From: a virus
IMG/VR virus record: IMGVR_UViG_3300047316_000096
Coordinates: 1-43,722 of that record
Reading direction: 5' to 3' (one strand)
Length of the DNA stretch: 43,722 bases
The position numbers and the translations under genes were made by a program. Below the pieces are notes generated by a model, which was given only the letters and a program-made list of their open reading frames with translations, did no database searches and had not been told where the DNA came from. Numbering within the stretch: the first letter of the stretch is position 1; each line of letters starts with the position of its first letter. Shown in pieces: positions 32,605-39,894 of the stretch.

Positions 32605-32955
32605 ATGGCTTACATGACGCAAGCGGCAAAGTCAAATACGTGTCCCCACTGTGGACAACCCATGCCGCAGATGCGTTGCGGCGTCCGCATGTTCCCGCAG
32701 ACGGCGCACATTTTCGACATTATCAAGCGCGCTGGGCCGCAAGGCATATCCGGTGAAGACCTGTTCGAAATAGCCTATGCGGGAGCGCGCAGGAAACATC
32801 CGGCATACTCGACCGTCAAGGGTCACATCACGCACGCGAGATCCGCGCTTGAAGATACCGACTACCGCATCGTGTGTGAGCGCGCCAAGCATGGACCTGG
32901 CACCTATCGTCTAGTAAAAGTCGTTAGGTTGAAGGCATTTGAGACGGTTTCTTAA
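32605..32955 (+). CDS. Zinc-ribbon plus winged-helix (OmpR/PhoB C-terminal-like) transcription regulator
   Basis: GGGAGG Shine-Dalgarno sequence. CPHCG...C N-terminus, then ISGEDLFEIAY.......STVKGHITHARSALEDTDYRIV....GPGTYRLV, which resembles a trans_reg_C fold. Confidence 0.5.
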   Translation: MAYMTQAAKSNTCPHCGQPMPQMRCGVRMFPQTAHIFDIIKRAGPQGISGEDLFEIAYAGARRKHPAYSTVKGHITHARSALEDTDYRIVCERAKHGPGTYRLVKVVRLKAFETVS

Positions 32956-32957
32956 TC

Positions 32958-33326
32958 ATGCAGATCATCCTAGATTTGCCGTTTCCGACCTCGACCAATC
33001 GCCTATGGAACCTCGGCGTCCGTCGCATATTTCCATCGGCGGAATACACCGCATGGAAAGCAAACGCATTTAAAATGTATTGGATGCAATACGCTAAGAA
33101 ACGTCCTCAGATGCTTGAAAACTTTCGAATTTCCATAGTGCTTGACGAAAAAAGGAGAGGCCGGTCGGACGGGGACAACAGAATCAAGGCTGTGCTGGAT
33201 TTTTGCCAAAGCGCGCGAATCTGCACCAACGACCGGAAATGCGATGGAGGGTCGTGGGGTTGGGGCGAGGCGCCGGAAGGGTGCAGGGTCATCTTGACTG
33301 GCGCGCCGGCCGCGGCTAAACCATGA
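32958..33326 (+). CDS. rusA: RusA-family Holliday junction resolvase
   Basis: LPFPTSTNRLW, EYTAWK and RSDGDNRIKAVLDFCQSARICTNDRKC match the RusA acidic catalytic pattern. Size is 122 aa. Confidence 0.7.
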   Translation: MQIILDLPFPTSTNRLWNLGVRRIFPSAEYTAWKANAFKMYWMQYAKKRPQMLENFRISIVLDEKRRGRSDGDNRIKAVLDFCQSARICTNDRKCDGGSWGWGEAPEGCRVILTGAPAAAKP

Positions 33327-33407
33327 GCGCCGGTTGATCCCCGGCATTCAAACGGGCGGGTGCGTCGATTCCCAAGCCGGCGCACCCTGCCCAGCTTGGG
33401 GTTGTTT

Positions 33408-33962
33408 ATGGGACCAATCACAACTGCACTGCGTGAACTGATGGCCGCTGGGCTCACCGGCGAATTGCTGATCGCTGCCGTCGATCGGATCGAATCCGCC
33501 CAAATCGTCACGCCCGTCCGCGTGACATCTGCGGACAAATCCGCAGACAGGAGACGCGAAAAGGATCGCGTTCGTCAGCAGATTAGGCGTGACAATCTGC
33601 GGAATCCGCAGACGTCCGCAGACGCCTCTTCTTTACTTAAAGAAGATTCTAGTAAGAAAGAAAAAGATAGTCGCGCGTCACGCTGTCCAGCGGACTGGAC
33701 GCCGACCGCAAACGATTTCCAGTTTGCCCGCGATCAGGGTTTGTTGCCAGCCGAGATCGATCGAGAGGCAGGCTCTTTTCGAGATTTCTGGACCGCAAAG
33801 CCCGGCAAGGACGGGCTGAAGCTCGATTGGTCAGCGACATGGCGCAATCGAATTAGGAACTATCTGGCCCGCCGACCGACTGCCCCGGACGTGTGTCCGG
33901 ATACGGCGTGGAAACTCCAAAAGGCTATGGCCGAAACCGTCGCTCGGCGAAATGGTCGATAA
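33408..33962 (+). CDS. Hypothetical protein, possibly a replication-organiser-like factor
   Basis: C-terminal DWTPTANDFQFA...FRDFWTAKPGKDGLKLDWSATWRNRIRN resembles W-rich motifs seen in prophage replication-associated proteins. This is a weak assignment. Start ATG 33408 is preferred over GTG 33360. Confidence 0.4.
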   Translation: MGPITTALRELMAAGLTGELLIAAVDRIESAQIVTPVRVTSADKSADRRREKDRVRQQIRRDNLRNPQTSADASSLLKEDSSKKEKDSRASRCPADWTPTANDFQFARDQGLLPAEIDREAGSFRDFWTAKPGKDGLKLDWSATWRNRIRNYLARRPTAPDVCPDTAWKLQKAMAETVARRNGR

Positions 33963-34020
33963 TGTCCAGCGCGAGGCACCACGCGATGGCGACGGCTTGG
34001 CAGGCGAGCGTGGCGGCACA

Positions 34021-34038
34021 GAGCTCGGAGCCGAGCTC
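34021..34038. terminator. 18-nt palindrome GAGCTCGGAGCCGAGCTC between convergent genes (possible bidirectional terminator)
   Basis: Read directly. Lies in the 100-bp gap between the plus-strand stop at 33962 and the minus-strand stop at 34063. No U-run. Confidence 0.3.
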
Positions 34039-34062
34039 GAATAGCGGGGCGGCGTTCATGCG

Positions 34063-34350
34063 TCACCCGCGATAAAACAAGCGGTTCAATGCGTCGATGG
34101 CACGCTCAGCTTTGCGGATGACATCTTCGGCGCGGTTCATGCCGGCCGGCAAATCCTGCCAGTTCGCTACCATCCACTGTAGCGCGTCGAGCAAGTCAGG
34201 CGCATCGGCGATCAGGGAGGCGTTGGCGTATCGTTCAGCATACGACGATCCGTCATGCTGGGAACAGTCCGCCACCACGCGGTTGTCGGCGTCGAAAACG
34301 ATCGGCTGATCTTTGCTGACGTGCCACGGGCCAGGCGTGTGCGCGCTCAT
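34063..34350 (-). CDS. Conserved small phage protein of unknown function (95 aa; TPGPW...ANASLIADAPDLLDAL signature)
   Basis: Start ATG 34350 (MSAHTPGPWHV...) overlaps the upstream stop (ATGA). The signature recurs in many small phage and prophage proteins. Confidence 0.55.
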   Translation of the reverse strand: MSAHTPGPWHVSKDQPIVFDADNRVVADCSQHDGSSYAERYANASLIADAPDLLDALQWMVANWQDLPAGMNRAEDVIRKAERAIDALNRLFYRG

Positions 34351-34538
34351 GCCGGCACCCGCGGGCGCGTCACCACCTCGACGCAATCCCCGTTGCGGCG
34401 GACTACCACCTCCATGTCGTCGGGGATAATGCAGCGCCCATACAGGTCCGGATTCATCTGCATCCCCGTGGCGCGGCCCTGCACTTCGAAACCTATCCCA
34501 ATTCCGCCCGGATATGTCACCACCGGTAATTCGTTCAT
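34347..34538 (-). CDS. Hypothetical protein (63 aa)
   Basis: Strong GGGAGGGAG Shine-Dalgarno sequence 3 nt before ATG 34538. The longer 84-aa track ORF lacks an SD. Confidence 0.5.
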   Translation of the reverse strand: MNELPVVTYPGGIGIGFEVQGRATGMQMNPDLYGRCIIPDDMEVVVRRNGDCVEVVTRPRVPA

Positions 34539-34625
34539 TTGCTCCCTCCCGTGTTGCGGCGGAACATTCGCGTCCCACCCGAACCATGTGTCCCGTGTCA
34601 TTTCATCAGTTCCATTGCCACCCTG

Positions 34626-34817
34626 TCATCGTGTCCTCCGTACCGCCGCCATGCCTGCGGCCACCTCCGGGCTGGCGTATTTGATCAGAACATCGAAAAA
34701 ATCCGTTGCCACGATATCGATGTCGCGCCACTCGGCGTCAGTGGCCGTCTCAGCCATTTCGGCCATTAAATTGCAGATTGCCACCACCGCCTTGTCCGCC
34801 GCTTTCTGTCTGTTCAT
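34626..34817 (-). CDS. Hypothetical protein (63 aa)
   Basis: ATG 34817 overlaps the upstream TGA (ATGA). Confidence 0.45.
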   Translation of the reverse strand: MNRQKAADKAVVAICNLMAEMAETATDAEWRDIDIVATDFFDVLIKYASPEVAAGMAAVRRTR

Positions 34818-35137
34818 CGCGGCAAATCCAATGCGTGCCAAAACGCCTCGGCCTTTGTGTCGCACGGCGGACCCATCGGCCGGTCGTTCCTGAAACCTTG
34901 CCACTTTGCAACTCCGTGTCTGCCCACTGAACATGCCTCAACCTCGTATTGTAAAATACGCCTGGCAGCCTCAGGGATGCGTGACTCGCCCCGGGCCCAC
35001 CGATACACCGTGGACCTGTCTACGGCGAACAGGGACCCCGCTAGACTGACGGGAAGCCCTATCTGGGCAAGACCCAACAGAAAATCGGCCGCGCGCTCAT
35101 AGCGGTGACCCTCTACCCATTCCTCGAGGGTGGTCAT
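34814..35137 (-). CDS. Helix-turn-helix DNA-binding protein (107 aa)
   Basis: LAGSLFAVDRSTVYRWARGESRIPEAARRIL is a typical Cro/Xre-like HTH. Confidence 0.55.
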   Translation of the reverse strand: MTTLEEWVEGHRYERAADFLLGLAQIGLPVSLAGSLFAVDRSTVYRWARGESRIPEAARRILQYEVEACSVGRHGVAKWQGFRNDRPMGPPCDTKAEAFWHALDLPR

Positions 35138-35193
35138 GACTCATCCCCCCGGTATTCGAGGAACACACCGTACTCATCCCGGCCGATGCGGTT

Positions 35194-35280
35194 TCATAGA
35201 AGCCTCAACATCAGGTTGCCGCAGATCATCCACGTGACTGCGACCGTCACGATAATTAAGACAAATCGCGTGTCGGTCAT
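35194..35280 (-). CDS. Micro membrane peptide (28 aa)
   Basis: MTDTRFVLIIVTVAVTWMICGNLMLRLL. ATGA overlap with the upstream stop at 35277-35279. Confidence 0.35.
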   Translation of the reverse strand: MTDTRFVLIIVTVAVTWMICGNLMLRLL

Positions 35281-35498
35281 CCGATCCTCCTGATGGCGTT
35301 ATCACAGATTGTTGCGATGTATTCCAATCGATCACGCTGCGACCAACGCTTGCCCGTCGCGGGACTGTGCGGCTGCGACACCGCTTCCCGCACGATCAGC
35401 ATGGCAGCGCGCGCCGCGATCAGCTTGGCGTCCACAGACAGCCGCTCAAGCTGCTCGGCCGGCCGGAGGTCCCCCGGGATGTGCCACGGCGCGGTCAT
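35277..35498 (-). CDS. Hypothetical protein (73 aa)
   Basis: ATG 35498 (MTAPWHIPGD...) overlaps the upstream micro-ORF stop (ATGA). Confidence 0.45.
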   Translation of the reverse strand: MTAPWHIPGDLRPAEQLERLSVDAKLIAARAAMLIVREAVSQPHSPATGKRWSQRDRLEYIATICDNAIRRIG

Positions 35499-35584
35499 GA
35501 CCAATTCCCCACAACGGCCACCGCGAACGTGACCAATGCCGCGATGCACACAAAGGTCACAACGAAATCGATCAGGTGTTTCAT
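35495..35584 (-). CDS. Micro membrane peptide (29 aa)
   Basis: MKHLIDFVVTFVCIAALVTFAVAVVGNWS. Coupled on both sides. Confidence 0.35.
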   Translation of the reverse strand: MKHLIDFVVTFVCIAALVTFAVAVVGNWS

Positions 35585-35657
35585 GGCGTCACCCCCAATT
35601 CATAACTTGCTGATTCGGCCGCCCGTTTGTAATATTTGGTGTATTTGTTGGCCGCCG

Positions 35658-35849
35658 TCACCGCCCGATCTGGACGATCTTGTGCCGATTGTAGGCATGG
35701 TTGCGGCCAATGTCAGACTTGGTTTGCTGCCCTGTGCCAGCACACGAGAAGCACGTGCCCTCTTTCTTGTTGCCCCATCGATATATGCCCGTCCCGCGAC
35801 ACTTAACGCATTGTCCCGGCTTTTCATTCGGCTGCGAAAGATCGTACAT
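35658..35849 (-). CDS. DnaJ-type zinc-finger protein (63 aa; two CxxCxGxG motifs)
   Basis: CVKCRGTG and CFSCAGTG read directly. GGGAGA Shine-Dalgarno sequence before ATG 35849. First gene of the leftward operon. Confidence 0.6.
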   Translation of the reverse strand: MYDLSQPNEKPGQCVKCRGTGIYRWGNKKEGTCFSCAGTGQQTKSDIGRNHAYNRHKIVQIGR

Positions 35850-35881
35850 GGTATTCTCCCGTTTCGATGATTGAGTGTCGC

Positions 35882-35910
35882 ATAATGAGATTGAAATGCA
35901 AACCGGACAA
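35882..35910 (-). promoter_or_regulatory. Candidate sigma70-type promoter for the 35849-34063 leftward operon
   Basis: On the minus strand: TTGTCC (35910-35905), a 17-nt spacer, then CATTAT (35887-35882), about 30 nt upstream of the first gene. Confidence 0.4.
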
Positions 35911-35960
35911 ATACGGAAAGATCAGTAAAGAACCGGAACGATCCGCACAAAACCGCACAC

Positions 35961-35997
35961 GTTCAGAACAGTCGGCGAACGTTCCATAGAGTGGAAC
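35961..35997. promoter_or_regulatory. Cluster of GAAC/GTTC palindromes (candidate operator sites)
   Basis: GTTCaGAAC (35961-35969), GAACGTTC (35977-35984) and GTTCCAtagagTGGAAC (35981-35997), all read directly. Confidence 0.4.
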
Positions 35998-36640
35998 GAC
36001 GAATCGGCAGACGTCTTACTAATCGGCCCCCAGCACCCCCACAATATCAACTGCTTAGCTGGGGGCTTGACAAGGCGTTAAAGCATGCCTCTACGTCGCG
36101 CGCGGCCTCCCACACCCAGGAACAGAGAAATAAAGACCTCGACGGGGAGGTAAGACAAAGCAGGGTCACTGCGCGAACAGGCTAGGTTACCGGCCAGTAA
36201 CATCGGATACCGCTCGGCAGCGGCAATCCCCGTGATCGGTGGCCCCGGGGCGAGCGGAATGGGCCGCCACAAGACACCAACGCGACGCAAGCGCGGATTA
36301 TCTAACGATATCAACGATCTCGAAAGCCCCACCAGGGCATTTGGACGGGATACGGGTACGGCCACAGCCCGGGATGGCGCCGAGCCCCAGGTGGCGCGCC
36401 GATCGCTCCGCGACCGATGGCCGCGAGCTCGACACGGTCGGCGGCCCCCCACCCAGTCCACCCCAAAAAAATAAATGGTGAGTGTGTGGATGTGGCTCTG
36501 GCTGTGGGTCTTTGTGGATTGCGGATTTGTCGGCTTGACCTGTGTGGGTGGTTTTGGTGAGGGTTGCGGCCTCACGGGAGGGTAGGTTTGATGGCGAAAC
36601 CGCTGAGCCGGTACATTGGACGGGTGTTCCGGCCGGGTGT

Positions 36641-36850
36641 ATGAGTGTGGGGGGCTGGGTGAAAGGCCGTCCGATGGAGCCGATTGTTAGGCGGGCATTT
36701 CGTCCGGTATTCCGGTTGAACCCGTGGACCGGGGAGGTTTATTTTGACGAGCAGCGATCGTGGCGGCGGTTTTTGCCGTTTCCGACGAAGCGGATGGGGT
36801 GGCTTCAGTTGGCATTGCGATGGTTTGGGGGAGAAAGGCGTCCCCGATGA
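36641..36850 (+). CDS. Hypothetical protein (about 69 aa; start uncertain)
   Basis: ATG 36641 lies within track ORF 36542..36850. It is the first ORF after the non-coding region. Trp/Arg-rich, with G-ending codons. Confidence 0.35.
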   Translation: MSVGGWVKGRPMEPIVRRAFRPVFRLNPWTGEVYFDEQRSWRRFLPFPTKRMGWLQLALRWFGGERRPR

Positions 36851-37074
36851 TGGGTCCGCAGCACTATGGATTGCTTGGACGGTTGAGCCCGTGTGAGATG
36901 GCGGTTGCTTTCGACATTGCGGTTTCGTGTTTGACCTCGAAGGAGGCGGCGCGGCATTTGGGGGTGTCGTATCGAACGATCGAGGTTCAGCGTGGGGAGA
37001 TATTTCGGAAGCTGAACATCACGCATGGGATTGCGGAGCTGGCTAGGCGGATGGCGCTGGCGGAAATTTGGTGA
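36847..37074 (+). CDS. LuxR/GerE-type HTH regulator (stand-alone C-terminal domain, 75 aa)
   Basis: LSPCEMAVAFDIAVSCLTSKEAARHLGVSYRTIEVQRGEIFRKLNITHGIAELARRMA matches the GerE-family HTH. ATGA overlap upstream. Confidence 0.65.
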   Translation: MMGPQHYGLLGRLSPCEMAVAFDIAVSCLTSKEAARHLGVSYRTIEVQRGEIFRKLNITHGIAELARRMALAEIW

Positions 37075-37152
37075 ATTACGGAAATGTCCGGTTGACGGCC
37101 GGTGTATTTCGGCGGATGTATTTCGGGTCCGACGACAATACGGGAGGATTTC

Positions 37153-37329
37153 ATGGACATGGAAGCAACTGACTTAGCGAGGCACTTACGCACGCTTGCG
37201 GAGATGTCGCCTTATTATGTGAAGGGATCGAAAGCGGTCCTGCTGGCGGCTGCGGACATGATCGAGGAGATGGCGCAGCGGATTTCGGTTGCGGAGTTGG
37301 CGGACGCGGAGGCTCACCATGCCGATTGA
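37153..37329 (+). CDS. Hypothetical protein (58 aa)
   Basis: GGGAGGA Shine-Dalgarno sequence before ATG 37153. The longer track ORF start (37102) has no SD. Confidence 0.45.
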   Translation: MDMEATDLARHLRTLAEMSPYYVKGSKAVLLAAADMIEEMAQRISVAELADAEAHHAD

Positions 37330-37690
37330 CGGCCCGGTGATGACGCCGCCTGCGATCTATCAGGAGGTTGTGGAGCGATGCCGGCCGCCGGCGGCCAAGC
37401 CCGCGCTTGAGCATGCGGTGATCCGGCCGGTCGATCGTATGTTGGTTGCGAAGGAGCGCTGTCCGGTTGCGATCGAAGAGCAGATCATGCCTGGTCCTCA
37501 GGTTGCGCGGCTGTGCATGGAGTGGTCGGTGACGTACAAGTTTGCGCCACCGCCGCCCGGGGAGGTGTTTCTTGGCTGCATGCTGCGGTGGCCGGATCGG
37601 TGCAAGGTGGTTCGGATCGACCGGGAGGATGTGAGGATTCATGAAACGGCCCATTGCGCCGGCTGGGCGGCGGATCACCCGACGCGCTGA
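37319..37690 (+). CDS. Hypothetical protein with C-terminal HExxH motif (possible small zinc-metallopeptidase-like protein)
   Basis: IHETAHCAGWAADH read directly. ATG 37319 overlaps the upstream end. This is weak evidence for function. Confidence 0.4.
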   Translation: MPIDGPVMTPPAIYQEVVERCRPPAAKPALEHAVIRPVDRMLVAKERCPVAIEEQIMPGPQVARLCMEWSVTYKFAPPPPGEVFLGCMLRWPDRCKVVRIDREDVRIHETAHCAGWAADHPTR

Positions 37691-37838
37691 AGCTCACGAC
37701 GTGAAGTGCCATGAGCTGGCCCGGCACTGCCTGGGCAGTGAGGCAAGCGACCGGCTCGTGGCAAATCTCGCGCAGGCTATTTCGGACGAGATTGTGAGCT
37801 GGATGAAGCACGAGAAGGACGAACTTGAGCGTGGATGA
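37641..37838 (+). CDS. Hypothetical protein (65 aa) immediately upstream of the large terminase (position compatible with a small terminase, unproven)
   Basis: ATG-initiated ORF overlapping the previous gene by 50 nt and the terminase start by 14 nt. Confidence 0.35.
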   Translation: MKRPIAPAGRRITRRAEAHDVKCHELARHCLGSEASDRLVANLAQAISDEIVSWMKHEKDELERG

Positions 37839-39681
37839 GAAATTCAAGTTACCCACGTTCTCGGAGGTCGCGCCGTTTCCGCGCGAGCGGTTTCTGACGT
37901 TTCTGTCGCGGCTCAAGGTGCAATCGAAGGACTACGGGTTGATCGGCTTCTCGCTGCTTGGCGGGCAGCGTTACGTGATGGAAGAGATGGTGGCCGCGCT
38001 GGATCGAGGCGTGACGACGTTCGTGATTCTGAAAGCGCGGCAGATCGGGATGACGACGTTTTTCATCGCGCTCGATATGTTCTGGGCGTTCGAATATAAG
38101 GGACTTCTGGGCACCTTCATTCTTCACAAGGAAGAGGCGCGCGACGACTGGCGGGCTGCGATCGAGGTGTTCTATGACGAAATCCCCAGCAAGGTTGTCG
38201 TCAACGGGCAGTCTCTCCGATTCAAGCCGATCAAGCTGCGACACAATCGCAACATCCTCAGTTTCAAGAATGGCTCTCGGTTCCGTTACCTCATTGCGGG
38301 CACATCTGAGAATCGTCGGGGAGGCATTGGAAGGTCAGGGGCATCCAATTACGTACACGCAACTGAAGTTGCTTTTTACGGTAACGAGGACGACATCCGA
38401 GCGTTTAAGTCTTCTACTTCATCGATGTACGCGCACCGCCTCCAAATCTACGAATCGACCGCGAACGGCTTCAACCATTTCTCGGACACCTACGAGGCGG
38501 CGAAAGACAGCGAAGTCGTAAAGGCGATCTTCGTCGGGTGGTGGCGGGACGAGCGCTATGCGTTTGCGACCAACCATCCGTTCTACTACCAGTTCATGCC
38601 GGACTCGTCGCTGGCGCCGCTGGAGCGGCGGCGAGTCAAGTCCGTGAAGGAGCTCTACAACTTCACGATCTCGTTGCAGCAGATCGCGTGGTATCGCTGG
38701 AAGCGACACGAGGAATTTGACGACGATCAACAACTGATGGACCAGGAGTTTCCATGGACCGACGAGGACGCGTTCCAAGCGACGGGATCGAAATACTTTA
38801 CGGCCGAAACGTTAACGGCCGCGATCAGGGAATCTCGGCGTATTCCCTTCCAGGGCTACCGCTACAAGCTTACGACGCGATGGGAGGATACGCAGGTCCA
38901 GGGGTTCAAGGACACGCGAGCGGAACTGCGTATCTGGGAGCACGCATCGGCGTATGGCTATTACGTAATTGGTTGCGATCCTGCGTGGGGATCGTCGGAG
39001 AAGGCGGACCGAACGGTGATCAGCGTGTGGAGGGCGTTCGCTGAGTGCATCGTCCAGGTGGCGGAATATTGCACGCCGCAAGTCAGTACCTATCAATGCG
39101 CGTGGGTGCTTGCGCACCTTGCGGGTTTCTATGGGCCGGTGGACTGCCGCGTGATCATCGAGATCAACGGTGCTGGGACTGCCGTATGGCAAGAGTTGAT
39201 GGCGCTCCAGCAGAAGTGCCGCGAGATGAAGGTCACTGACGAGGACGCGCACCTGCGCAACGTCTTCAAGAATATGCGGCACTTCTACTATTCGAAGCCG
39301 GACACGGTCGGGAGCGGGGATTTTGCCTATCACTTCATCATGTCGGACGCGCGCAAGCGCGAACTGATGGCGAAGCTGAAGGACTCGTTCGAGTTGCGCC
39401 GCATGATTCCTCGGAGCGTGCCGATGCTGGACGAGATGCGACGCATGGTGAGCGACGAGGGGCACATCGCGGCCGAGGGCGCGTGGAAGGACGACCGTGT
39501 GATTGCTGCCGCGCTCGCCCACGAGGCATGGCGGCGTTGGATGGTGCCGATCCTCAAGGGCCGCAACATGACGATGGCCCGCGCGCACGCGATCGAGACG
39601 GCAGGCGGCGACGCGCCGATAGATCAGTTGGTGTTGAACTTCATGAAAAAGCAGAACATCACTCTGCCGACCGCGAGGTGA
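37825..39681 (+). CDS. terL: Terminase large subunit
   Basis: 618 aa. Has a Walker-A-like ILKARQIGMTTFF, an ATPase core, and C-terminal RNaseH-like nuclease acidic motifs (YYVIGCDPAWG, VIIEINGAG, KDDRVIAAALA). Start is TTG 37825 or GTG 37831. Confidence 0.8.
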   Translation: MSVDEKFKLPTFSEVAPFPRERFLTFLSRLKVQSKDYGLIGFSLLGGQRYVMEEMVAALDRGVTTFVILKARQIGMTTFFIALDMFWAFEYKGLLGTFILHKEEARDDWRAAIEVFYDEIPSKVVVNGQSLRFKPIKLRHNRNILSFKNGSRFRYLIAGTSENRRGGIGRSGASNYVHATEVAFYGNEDDIRAFKSSTSSMYAHRLQIYESTANGFNHFSDTYEAAKDSEVVKAIFVGWWRDERYAFATNHPFYYQFMPDSSLAPLERRRVKSVKELYNFTISLQQIAWYRWKRHEEFDDDQQLMDQEFPWTDEDAFQATGSKYFTAETLTAAIRESRRIPFQGYRYKLTTRWEDTQVQGFKDTRAELRIWEHASAYGYYVIGCDPAWGSSEKADRTVISVWRAFAECIVQVAEYCTPQVSTYQCAWVLAHLAGFYGPVDCRVIIEINGAGTAVWQELMALQQKCREMKVTDEDAHLRNVFKNMRHFYYSKPDTVGSGDFAYHFIMSDARKRELMAKLKDSFELRRMIPRSVPMLDEMRRMVSDEGHIAAEGAWKDDRVIAAALAHEAWRRWMVPILKGRNMTMARAHAIETAGGDAPIDQLVLNFMKKQNITLPTAR

Positions 39682-39684
39682 TCC

Positions 39685-39876
39685 ATGGCCACCATCATCA
39701 CTATTGTGACTGTCATGACGATCAACGGCCAGGACTTCGAGCGCCAGGAGCGCGTGCCCAATCTCGAGCAGTGCTGGCGCATGGCGGCGGAGCGCATGGA
39801 GCAGATGGTCGAACAGCACGTTGAGATTGAGAAGATGGGAGTCGGCTGCGTCATCAACCGCGGGAAGGATTTGTAA
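39685..39876 (+). CDS. Hypothetical protein (63 aa)
   Basis: ATG lies 4 nt after the terminase stop. Confidence 0.45.
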   Translation: MATIITIVTVMTINGQDFERQERVPNLEQCWRMAAERMEQMVEQHVEIEKMGVGCVINRGKDL

Positions 39877-39894
39877 ACCTCCGCGAACTGGCCC

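Noticed and set aside
35991-36575. Track ORFs in the non-coding region (35991..36185 +, 36232..36474 +, 36239..36481 +, 36078..36575 -)
   Set aside because: They have non-ATG starts, no Shine-Dalgarno sequence, Arg/Pro-rich unstructured translations, and mutual overlap in several frames. The region is treated as non-coding.
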